The position numbers were made by a program, and so were the translations under genes. From NCBI GenBank assembly GCA_039679675.1, contig JBDKUN010000056.1, positions 64,001 through 128,000 on the forward strand: a stretch of 64,000 nucleotides of DNA, read 5' to 3'. Source of the DNA: Armatimonadota bacterium (GTDB lineage: Bacteria; Armatimonadota; UBA5829; DTLH01). Positions 30,874-39,026 of this stretch are shown piece after piece (the first letter of the stretch is position 1; every line of letters starts with the position of its first letter). The notes beneath the pieces are model-generated. The model worked only from the letters and a program-made list of their open reading frames with translations, did not search any database and was not told the DNA's origin.

Positions 30874-30902
30874 TTGACACGCGGTTTTGCACATGGTATA
30901 CA
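30874..30902 (+). promoter_or_regulatory. Promoter of array gene 2
   Basis: TTGACA-N14-TGG-TATACA. Confidence 0.6.
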
Positions 30903-30969
30903 GGCATATATGGTACAAATACCAGCTACCAATATTTCACAGAATGCATAGAGGTGTCTATGTTCAAAG

Positions 30970-31050
30970 TATTCCGTAAGACGTAGTGGCCGGACGGAAT
31001 GACAGCCTGAGGTTGACCGTAACCGATAAATGGAAGAGGCAACCTCAGGT
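30970..31050 (+). ncRNA. Conserved structured leader RNA, copy 2
   Basis: Nearly identical to copy 1; changes fall in the terminal loop (GATAAAT) and one outer P1 pair. Confidence 0.8.
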
Positions 31051-31102
31051 GCATTATCGCAGAGTATCTTCACACATATTGAAAGAGGAGGCGAAAGGTA
31101 AA

Positions 31103-33337
31103 ATGCGTAGAAATCTACGTACAACATCAGCTTATAAGCTGACGCTCATGGCTGCAGTGCTGGCCCTTGTTTTCTGTGTGGGGTTAGCATCTTATGCGCA
31201 AACAGTTTCAGGAACTGTAACAAGAGGCGGCGTTCCATGCCCTGATGCCCGTGTAATTCTCGTGAATAACTCGCGGCTTGACGAAGGTGCGGTTATGACA
31301 ACCAGGACAGACGCCAATGGTTACTACAGTTTTACTGGCGGTATCTTCATCGGCGGAACCTGTACCCTTACAGTCAACGCCATCAAGGCAGTCCCTGTCA
31401 TAGACCAGGTTATCAATATAACTGACAATGAAATGACGGCGAATGTGGATCTGACATACGGTCAGACACCTCTCTATGATGACTTCTCCGGGGCTTCAGT
31501 CGATATGAACAAATGGGAACTGTTCAACGGTCAAGCTGACGAAACTTCAACAGACGTCACGGCCGTCTCTACAGAAAACGGCATGCTGAAGCTCGAGCCA
31601 AGCCCGGTAAGAGGCGGAATCATAAGCACGGCTGCATTCCCGAAATACGGCTCATATGAGTATGTGCTGCCTCAGACGCACTCGGGGACCAACCAGTGTT
31701 TCTGCATCATCAAGGACAAGGTCTCCGGCTTGGCGAACTTCGTCGATCTTCAGGACCAGAGCGGTTCAGCTACAAATCCTTACTTGAACGGCTTTAACGA
31801 TGCCTTGGATTCCCCAAAATTCCTGCAATCAGGTGCACTGCCATATCCATATCCGGCCAAAGTCACAGTGCTCAGGACGGGCTACTACTACGACATCTTC
31901 GTTAACAATGTCTGGCTGGCGTCTACCAGCACCTGGGATTCAATTAACGCCGTTGATAAAATTCCTGACAATGCTTACATTTACCTTTATGGATATGAAG
32001 CATCAGATGCAACTACACCGACAATTGCGTATTTCGACAACATAAGGGCAGGCGCCGCGGTTCCTGTGACATTCAATACTGTTGCCGAAGCCAGGGCAGC
32101 CGCAGTCGATGCGTCTGTCACCATAAACAACGTCGTAGTGACCGCAAGCACCAGTGATGCCTTCTGGGTAGAGAATACCGACCGGTCAGCTGGTATCAAG
32201 GTCATCTCGACAGCCAAGCCTGCAGTAGGCCAGAAAGCGCTAATCTCTGGCAAGATAGTAAAACAGAATAATGAAGTTGCACTTCAGGCAGATGACATAT
32301 CCGCTGCCGGCAATTCTTCTATTCCGGCTGCTGTAGCAGTGACGGGTAAGGTAGCAAAAGAGCTGGACAAGGCCGGAGCTTCTGCACAGGGGCTCTTTGT
32401 GAAAGTAGCAGGTAAAGTAAGCGAAACGCCGGACAATGACGGCACTTACATTACAGGTTACTATCTTGACGATGGAAGCGGTATTGTGGCAGGAACCCAC
32501 AAGGGGCTCTATGTTAAGCTGGCTGACTTCGTAAAACTGCCCGTCGGTTCAATAAACGCAGGCGATTTTCTTTCAAAAGAAGGGCCCATGACCGTGTTCA
32601 TGGCCGACAGCACAACTCCTGTTCCGTCCGTAATAACAACAGGAACGCTGGCGAACTCCAGTTCCACATTCACAGCGTATAACGATATAGGGTATTTAGC
32701 AGCTTATGGGGCAGCGCCCAATATCACCAAATACAGTTTCATGAATGTGGATTATACCTCAAACGTTGTGCCTGGTGGGCTTCTTATGGACTATGCCACC
32801 GGCAACTACGTTGCAGAGGGAGCAACCGTCTCAACTTACGGATTAAACGAAATCCAGTGGTGCGGCGGAGTTGAGGAACTGGACTCAACAGATACAGATC
32901 TCCAAAAATACTTCGCGGACAATACCGATCCGCTTAATCCCAAGTGGATGGTGAACTTCGTTGGAACACCTTCAACCAGAACTATTGTTGGTTGGTGGGA
33001 GGATATAACTTTCTTCGGACTCGATCCGAACGCGCTGTATGAGTTCGTAGGAACTGTGGAGAGGCAGGAAGCCGCTTACTACAGCGCCAATATACTGGTC
33101 TCGATCAATGATTTTGCTGACCGCACATATGCAGGTTCAGTCACTGCTACTAAGGTAGATGAAAATACCATCAATTTCAATGCCAGCGACAATTCCGCCG
33201 GTAATGTGGCCAGATGGATCAACATCAAGCCAGCAAATGGCACGTTCAGAATAAGAACGAAGTCAACATCTACAGGCAGGGGTTATGCGCTTGCTGCCTT
33301 CCGGCTCAGGAAGCAGGCTGGTGTAGAAACACCCTAG
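31103..33337 (+). CDS. Secreted multidomain protein, array paralog 2
   Basis: ATG 31103 behind GAGGAGG; same signal peptide and architecture as paralog 1. Confidence 0.85.
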   Translation: MRRNLRTTSAYKLTLMAAVLALVFCVGLASYAQTVSGTVTRGGVPCPDARVILVNNSRLDEGAVMTTRTDANGYYSFTGGIFIGGTCTLTVNAIKAVPVIDQVINITDNEMTANVDLTYGQTPLYDDFSGASVDMNKWELFNGQADETSTDVTAVSTENGMLKLEPSPVRGGIISTAAFPKYGSYEYVLPQTHSGTNQCFCIIKDKVSGLANFVDLQDQSGSATNPYLNGFNDALDSPKFLQSGALPYPYPAKVTVLRTGYYYDIFVNNVWLASTSTWDSINAVDKIPDNAYIYLYGYEASDATTPTIAYFDNIRAGAAVPVTFNTVAEARAAAVDASVTINNVVVTASTSDAFWVENTDRSAGIKVISTAKPAVGQKALISGKIVKQNNEVALQADDISAAGNSSIPAAVAVTGKVAKELDKAGASAQGLFVKVAGKVSETPDNDGTYITGYYLDDGSGIVAGTHKGLYVKLADFVKLPVGSINAGDFLSKEGPMTVFMADSTTPVPSVITTGTLANSSSTFTAYNDIGYLAAYGAAPNITKYSFMNVDYTSNVVPGGLLMDYATGNYVAEGATVSTYGLNEIQWCGGVEELDSTDTDLQKYFADNTDPLNPKWMVNFVGTPSTRTIVGWWEDITFFGLDPNALYEFVGTVERQEAAYYSANILVSINDFADRTYAGSVTATKVDENTINFNASDNSAGNVARWINIKPANGTFRIRTKSTSTGRGYALAAFRLRKQAGVETP

Positions 33338-33367
33338 ACGGCCAACAGACTCGAATATATAACGTAG

Positions 33368-33402
33368 AAAAGCCCCCGGGAATAGCTTTCCGGGGGCTTT
33401 TT
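33368..33402 (+). terminator. Intrinsic terminator after paralog 2
   Basis: AAAAGCCCCCGGGAA-loop-TTCCGGGGGCTTTTT. Confidence 0.9.
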
Positions 33403-33424
33403 GTAATAGATATGGGGGTGCGCA

Positions 33425-33512
33425 GTGGTGTTTATGCCGCAGATATTCCGTGGCTGGACGAAATAGGTGTCTTAGGCTGCCCCGACCCGTCAATGGAAGA
33501 ATCAACTTCAGA
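33425..33512 (+). repeat. Decayed copy of the leader RNA motif
   Basis: GCCGCAGATATTCCGTGGCTGGACGAAATAGG...CCGTCAATGGAAGAATCAACTTCAG aligns to copies 1 and 3 with a deletion and substitutions. Confidence 0.75.
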
Positions 33513-33695
33513 CGATTTTGCCTGCATGACTATATTTAATACATAGAAATGTTCTCGCATAACATTGTATTCGACTAATGATAACTATTAACCTAATATT
33601 AAACTTCTTATGCCTCCTGATTGGCGAACCCGTGCAATAAAAATGGTATTTATCGGATATATCGATTATATCCAAAAATATTTTATCAATAGTGC

Positions 33696-33724
33696 TTGAC
33701 CGCTTGCTTGCTATGTGGTATATA
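33696..33724 (+). promoter_or_regulatory. Promoter of array gene 3
   Basis: TTGACC-N14-TGG-TATATA. Confidence 0.6.
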
Positions 33725-33857
33725 GCTATTGGTGCAGTAAGCATCCACTAACACCACTTCACTTGGAACAACCACAATATACGGGGACAGTTGTTTCCTT
33801 GTTTATTTGTTGCAAACGGTTGTAGCAGGTGGTGTTAAGTGGCGCATGCGCCGCAGA

Positions 33858-33941
33858 TATTCCGTTTGATGTAGTGGCCGGACGGAATAGGCACTTTGAG
33901 GTTGACCGTAACCGGTTAAAGGAAGAGGCAACCTCAGGTGC
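33858..33941 (+). ncRNA. Conserved structured leader RNA, copy 3
   Basis: TATTCCGT/ACGGAATA; GCACTTTGAGGTTG/CAACCTCAGGTGC; invariant core motifs. Confidence 0.8.
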
Positions 33942-33985
33942 ATTATCAAAAAAGTATCTTCATTTATTGAGGAGGCGAAAGGAAA

Positions 33986-36900
33986 ATGCGTAGAAACATC
34001 TACGGAGCATCAACGTCTAGACTGGCGTTGATAGCAACAATGCTGGTCCTTGCGCTCTGTGCGGGAGCTTCATTCGCACAGACATTTCCTACAGTGACAA
34101 ACTGGCAAGACTGGCACTATTATGTCGACGTAAACGTCGACACAGGAGCATACACCAGGACAGCAACTCCGGTAGAGCTTCAGATCAACTTCACCAAGTA
34201 TCTTAATGGTGCTACTTTTGACCCGAACTCTGTAAGAGTCGGAGAGTTTGCGGACAGCGGCAGAACAGGCACACCTGTAGAGGTAATCAGTCAGTTCGAC
34301 AAGGCGTCCGACTTTGCAGCGGCTACGAACGCATCAGGCGAGGTCGTGTGGATCCTTCGTGGGACTCCTGCCGACCCTAATGCTCTTTCGGGAGCCGTCC
34401 CAACTGATGCAAACACGAAAAGATACTACAGAGTATATTTTGACGACACCATCAACCCGAAGAGCGACCCAAGTTACGCCAGTATCACGAGTCTTGATGC
34501 CGTTACGCTTGATGTAACCGTGGGACCTGGGAAGTATGGTCTTATGAATAACCATTACATTGTTTCGCCGGGGAACTATAGAGCCACGTTTTATGACTTC
34601 AACGGTTATTTCATCAAATTGGACAACTTGCGAGTTGGTGATAAAACACTGATATACGGTAACTCATTTGCCTATAGCGAATATACCGGGGGAGCATACT
34701 ACACATCAAAGGATAATGGTGCTCAGGTATTTTCATGCAAAACATACAACGCGGGTTTGAATTATTATAGACAGTCTGCAAACTCAGCAGTCCGTTGTAC
34801 TGTTACAGTCAGCAGGAATGATACAGCAACAGGCAGAAACCACGAATTTATTACAGCAGAGAAGTTCTATGCAGGGGTTCCCTATTTCAAGAACGAAACG
34901 ACGATCAATAGGAGCTCAAGCGATGCAGGCAAAGGCTTTTTCGAGGATTATGGTTTCCGGTATGGTTTTGTCGAGAGCGGCATTGCACCGTATAGAACGC
35001 TTGGCCTCTTCAATTCCGGAGAAACCGATCCTGTTACAGGAACCGAAACAGGCTATAGCGCTTACTTCGACTGGAGCGCAGATAGAGGGGGTATAGCTGT
35101 TCTGGGTTCTCCCGACTACATGCCGGTAGAATTGCAAGAAGGTAGCACTGTAGTTAATGGTATAACATTGACCTACCGTGGGATGCATTCCACCACAAAC
35201 AGTAACCGTTATTGGAGATACATTAAGAGCCCGTATTATCCGCTGACCATAACGCATGGGGTAGCGGTCCATAATGGGCTGGATGAGGAAACCGCAAGAA
35301 CAAGCACCCAGAAGTCCCTTCAGGATTACGGGTGCCCGGTCGAGGTAATGGTAGTGGGAAGCAGCACTACCGCTGTAGGTTACGGTTCCATCAAAGGCAA
35401 TGTAACCAATGCTCTCGATTCCAACAAGCCTGTAAGAGGCGCATTGGTAAGATTGTGGGTAGACAACGCCTACGTTGCCAAGGCCTACACTTCAGTGCTT
35501 GGCGATTTCACATTCTCCAACGTAGTGCCTGGAACTGCCAAGATCAGCGTCAAGTGCGACACGTTCGATACCAAGACAGAGAGCATCGGAACAGTAGCAA
35601 CAGGTGCAGTTACGAGCGCCAATGTTTCTCTTCAGCCTATTATTGTTGCAAACGCTGCGGTACCCAACTGGCAGTGGGTAACATCAGGTTGGACTCTTGC
35701 CACTGATTCCAAGGTATATGAGGCAGTTACAAAAGGTACGGATGTTGCGACATATGCCAGCAAGGACTACGATGCTAGTTTTGATTCGTTGGCCACAGTT
35801 CCCGGCGACTGGGACGGTGTCCAGGGGTCAACAGATAATGTCTATGGTTGGTATCACACCATTGTCAATATTCCCAGCCAGTGGGTTGGAAAGAACCTGA
35901 GGATCAGGAACTTCTTTACCGATGATGTGGCAGCAATCTACTTCAATGAGCAGTTCGTCGGGCAGATCGGCTCGTTCCCGAATGTGTCAGATCCGCGCAC
36001 TGCCACAGCAGGAAACGGATATGTCGGGCGGCCAAGTTACCCGATCGACTTCATCATCCGTAAAGGCACATTCAGTGCCGGACCGAATATGCTTGCAATC
36101 AAGGTCTTCGACAGCACGGGCACAGGCGGAATACTCAACAGCGCTCCTCTCATCGAAGTCACCGCTGATTCTCCTGTCGTGACAGTGAATGTCACAGGAC
36201 CTCAGGTTTACAACGGACCTAAGCTTCCTGTAAAAGGAGCGGATGTTACGTTCTTCAGCATGACATCCGGCCAGACAGGTGACAACGGGAAATGCACATT
36301 CAGCAGCATTCCCAGCGATGTTTACACCCTTACCGTCAACCATCCCCGCTATGGGACGAAGACACTTACAGTCGATATTCCGGAAACAGGAGACTATGAG
36401 ATTCCGGTCGAATATGATTCGTTCCTCTGCGATGTTACAGGCACTGTTACGAAGAATAATGTGCCGGTCGGCAATGCTCGCGTAGTAATAAACAGCGGCG
36501 GATCATCCTGCGGCGGCCTTACCGATTCTACAGGCACTTACACCCTAACAGGTGTCAAGAGCGGAGTCGGAACACTCATAGCCAACGGTAATAAGGCTGT
36601 TCCTACGACAGTAGACCAGGTCGATCTGAAAGCACTGCAGGTAACACTTCCTAGTGTAAACATAAATTACGGTGTTGCCCCGCTATATGACGACTTCAAT
36701 GGAACCTCACTCGATACCGAAAAGTGGGAGCTGTTCAGCAAGTCAGGAGATACAACCGGGACAATCGTCTCTACAGAAGGCGGGTTCCTTTCTATAGAGT
36801 CTGCTACCGGCGGAAAGGGAATCATAAGCAAGGTGAAAATCCCTGCAGTCGGTGTATATGAATGCGTATTCCCGAAGAGGTTTTACGAAAACGGCACCCA

Positions 36901-38491
36901 GGACCTTTGCATAGTCAAGGACAAAGAGTCCGCTAATGCAAACTATATTGATTTCCAGGATGCCGGCGGCTATACTGGCTGCCTTTACCTGGTTGCATAC
37001 TCACCGGATGTTGCTGGAGCGGATAAGGTGCTCTGGAGAACAGGCCAGCTGTATGATTGTCCGTTCCCAGGTAAGGTAACGGTCGTCAGGACAGGCAACT
37101 ATTACGACGTCTATGCCAAAGACATTCTAAGGGGGTCTGCAAGCACCGAAAGGATCCCCGGTGATGGATACATCTACCTGTCCGGCGATAAAGATGGTTA
37201 CGATCCTGTCGATAAAGCAATAGCATACTTCGATGACATCCGTGCAGGAGTCCCAGTGGCCGTAGCACCGGCAACACTTGCCGAAGCAAGGGCTGCACTG
37301 GACGGCACGGACATTGTCACCTCAGGTGCAGTGGTAACTGCAAGCTATGACAACTACTTCTTCGTAGAGAACACAGACCGCTCTGCAGGCATAAAGGTAG
37401 TTTCTGCTGCCAAGCCTAAAGTGGGGAGGACTGTATATGTAGCGGGGAAAGCAACTAAATCCAACAGTGAATCTGCGATCAATGCAACAGAAGTTAATGT
37501 TGGAACTGTCGCGACAGCAGTTCCTCCGCCTGTAGCAATAACAGGCAAGATAGCAGGAGAGCTGGACAAGGCCGGAGCTGCTGCACAGGGAATGCTTGTC
37601 AAAGTTGCTGGAAAAGTGACAAGTGTTCACCTCAATGCTAGCGATAAGGTGGACGGTTACTTCCTCGATGACGGAAGCGGAATCGTTGGAGACGGGACAA
37701 AGGGAATCTTCGTTGAAGTTGACCCTGCCTGGAATGTCACCAGCAGCATAGTAGGCACATTCAAGACAATAGTCAGCCCTCTTACAGTAAAGAAGATAAG
37801 CGACACCGTTGTTCTTCCTGCTGTAAAGGATGTATTTGAAACGCCTTCTACCTATACGATATATAACGACTGCTCCTGGTCTAGTGGCCAGACAAGCGGC
37901 AATATCACTACTTATGGAACAGGTACAGGTTTCAGCGGTTCCACCAGTGGAGATCTCAAAGAATACACAATAGGAGCTTCATTCCCTGTTACAGTCGCAC
38001 TCACCAAGTATGGCAATGTGACATGGAACGCTGCCGGAGGGGCTGACTGTCTGTCTGGCACCGATGCAGGCAATACCTTCGGCGGTAAGGTGAGCTTCAC
38101 TGGATATATCAACTGCGAGTCAACTGATGCGCATGTAGACGTCACCTTCAGTGGGCTTGATCCTAACGGAAGCTATGAGTTTGCAGCTACAGCAAACGGA
38201 GCTGACGGTAACTATTACACCAAGACCAGATATACGATTCTGGGAGTTCAGAGCTTCACCAACGCAAGCTCCAGCGATGCAACAATGAGCAGCGATGGAA
38301 CATATACTGAGTTCTGTACCGGTGATAACACAGGTATGGGCCCGATGGGCGGTATGTACTTTGGCGGTTGTATAGCCAAGTGGACTAATATCAAACCATC
38401 AACAAACGGCACATTTACTGTAAGAGCATCAGTAGCAGATAACGGTACATCAGCATATGCGTTCAGTGCATTCATGCTGAAGAAGAACTAG
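33986..38491 (+). CDS. Large secreted multidomain protein, array paralog 3 (extra N-terminal domains including a galactose-binding jelly-roll)
   Basis: Signal peptide; FDPNSVRV domain; VPGDWD..YGWY..DDVAAIYFN..NMLAIKVFD; then the same modules as paralogs 1 and 2. Confidence 0.85.
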   Translation: MRRNIYGASTSRLALIATMLVLALCAGASFAQTFPTVTNWQDWHYYVDVNVDTGAYTRTATPVELQINFTKYLNGATFDPNSVRVGEFADSGRTGTPVEVISQFDKASDFAAATNASGEVVWILRGTPADPNALSGAVPTDANTKRYYRVYFDDTINPKSDPSYASITSLDAVTLDVTVGPGKYGLMNNHYIVSPGNYRATFYDFNGYFIKLDNLRVGDKTLIYGNSFAYSEYTGGAYYTSKDNGAQVFSCKTYNAGLNYYRQSANSAVRCTVTVSRNDTATGRNHEFITAEKFYAGVPYFKNETTINRSSSDAGKGFFEDYGFRYGFVESGIAPYRTLGLFNSGETDPVTGTETGYSAYFDWSADRGGIAVLGSPDYMPVELQEGSTVVNGITLTYRGMHSTTNSNRYWRYIKSPYYPLTITHGVAVHNGLDEETARTSTQKSLQDYGCPVEVMVVGSSTTAVGYGSIKGNVTNALDSNKPVRGALVRLWVDNAYVAKAYTSVLGDFTFSNVVPGTAKISVKCDTFDTKTESIGTVATGAVTSANVSLQPIIVANAAVPNWQWVTSGWTLATDSKVYEAVTKGTDVATYASKDYDASFDSLATVPGDWDGVQGSTDNVYGWYHTIVNIPSQWVGKNLRIRNFFTDDVAAIYFNEQFVGQIGSFPNVSDPRTATAGNGYVGRPSYPIDFIIRKGTFSAGPNMLAIKVFDSTGTGGILNSAPLIEVTADSPVVTVNVTGPQVYNGPKLPVKGADVTFFSMTSGQTGDNGKCTFSSIPSDVYTLTVNHPRYGTKTLTVDIPETGDYEIPVEYDSFLCDVTGTVTKNNVPVGNARVVINSGGSSCGGLTDSTGTYTLTGVKSGVGTLIANGNKAVPTTVDQVDLKALQVTLPSVNINYGVAPLYDDFNGTSLDTEKWELFSKSGDTTGTIVSTEGGFLSIESATGGKGIISKVKIPAVGVYECVFPKRFYENGTQDLCIVKDKESANANYIDFQDAGGYTGCLYLVAYSPDVAGADKVLWRTGQLYDCPFPGKVTVVRTGNYYDVYAKDILRGSASTERIPGDGYIYLSGDKDGYDPVDKAIAYFDDIRAGVPVAVAPATLAEARAALDGTDIVTSGAVVTASYDNYFFVENTDRSAGIKVVSAAKPKVGRTVYVAGKATKSNSESAINATEVNVGTVATAVPPPVAITGKIAGELDKAGAAAQGMLVKVAGKVTSVHLNASDKVDGYFLDDGSGIVGDGTKGIFVEVDPAWNVTSSIVGTFKTIVSPLTVKKISDTVVLPAVKDVFETPSTYTIYNDCSWSSGQTSGNITTYGTGTGFSGSTSGDLKEYTIGASFPVTVALTKYGNVTWNAAGGADCLSGTDAGNTFGGKVSFTGYINCESTDAHVDVTFSGLDPNGSYEFAATANGADGNYYTKTRYTILGVQSFTNASSSDATMSSDGTYTEFCTGDNTGMGPMGGMYFGGCIAKWTNIKPSTNGTFTVRASVADNGTSAYAFSAFMLKKN

Positions 38492-38533
38492 TAACTGCAT
38501 TAAATGATGCCCTAACAAAGCATCTATCTGTCT

Positions 38534-38570
38534 AAAAAGAGCCGCCCGAGGAGACTCGGGCGGCTCTTTT
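38534..38570 (+). terminator. Intrinsic terminator after paralog 3
   Basis: AAAAGAGCCGCCCGAG-GAGA-CTCGGGCGGCTCTTTT. Confidence 0.92.
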
Positions 38571-38728
38571 GCGTAAAAAGGAACTCAAGGATGATTAATA
38601 TTCCGGTTTGGAAGCTTTCGATAATAAGTTTCGGGGATGTTATTATGTAATATCAACAGCATATGCAGCATTAAGGTTCAAATATTGCCCCATATTAGAT
38701 ATATCAGAATAAATATAGAAAATTCCAC

Positions 38729-38757
38729 TTGACAAGCTACCGTATATATGGCATATA
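38729..38757 (+). promoter_or_regulatory. Promoter of array gene 4
   Basis: TTGACA-N14-TGG-CATATA. Confidence 0.55.
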
Positions 38758-38882
38758 TAGGGTCAGATGTAGATACAGGAAATTCGATTATCATCATTAT
38801 AGCTATATAGCATTGATTAGGTAAATATAAAGCACCTCAAGTATTACATATACACAAGTCTTACTCACTATAATCACATATA

Positions 38883-38970
38883 ACTACAGCATAGTGGCCG
38901 GATGTAGTACCCCGTGAATGACCGTAACTGAAACCGCCAAAAGATGCGGTCCAGAAGAGGCAGTCGAGGG
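38883..38970 (+). ncRNA. Conserved structured leader RNA, copy 4 (divergent, covarying stems)
   Basis: P1 ACTACA/TGTAGT around GCATAGTGGCCGGA; TGACCGTAAC and GAAGAGGCA retained; extra ACCGC/GCGGT hairpin in the variable loop. Confidence 0.75.
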
Positions 38971-39026
38971 AAAATGGCTTTTACAGCCGGGATTGTATAT
39001 TCAGATAATTATGAGGAGGCGAAAGA

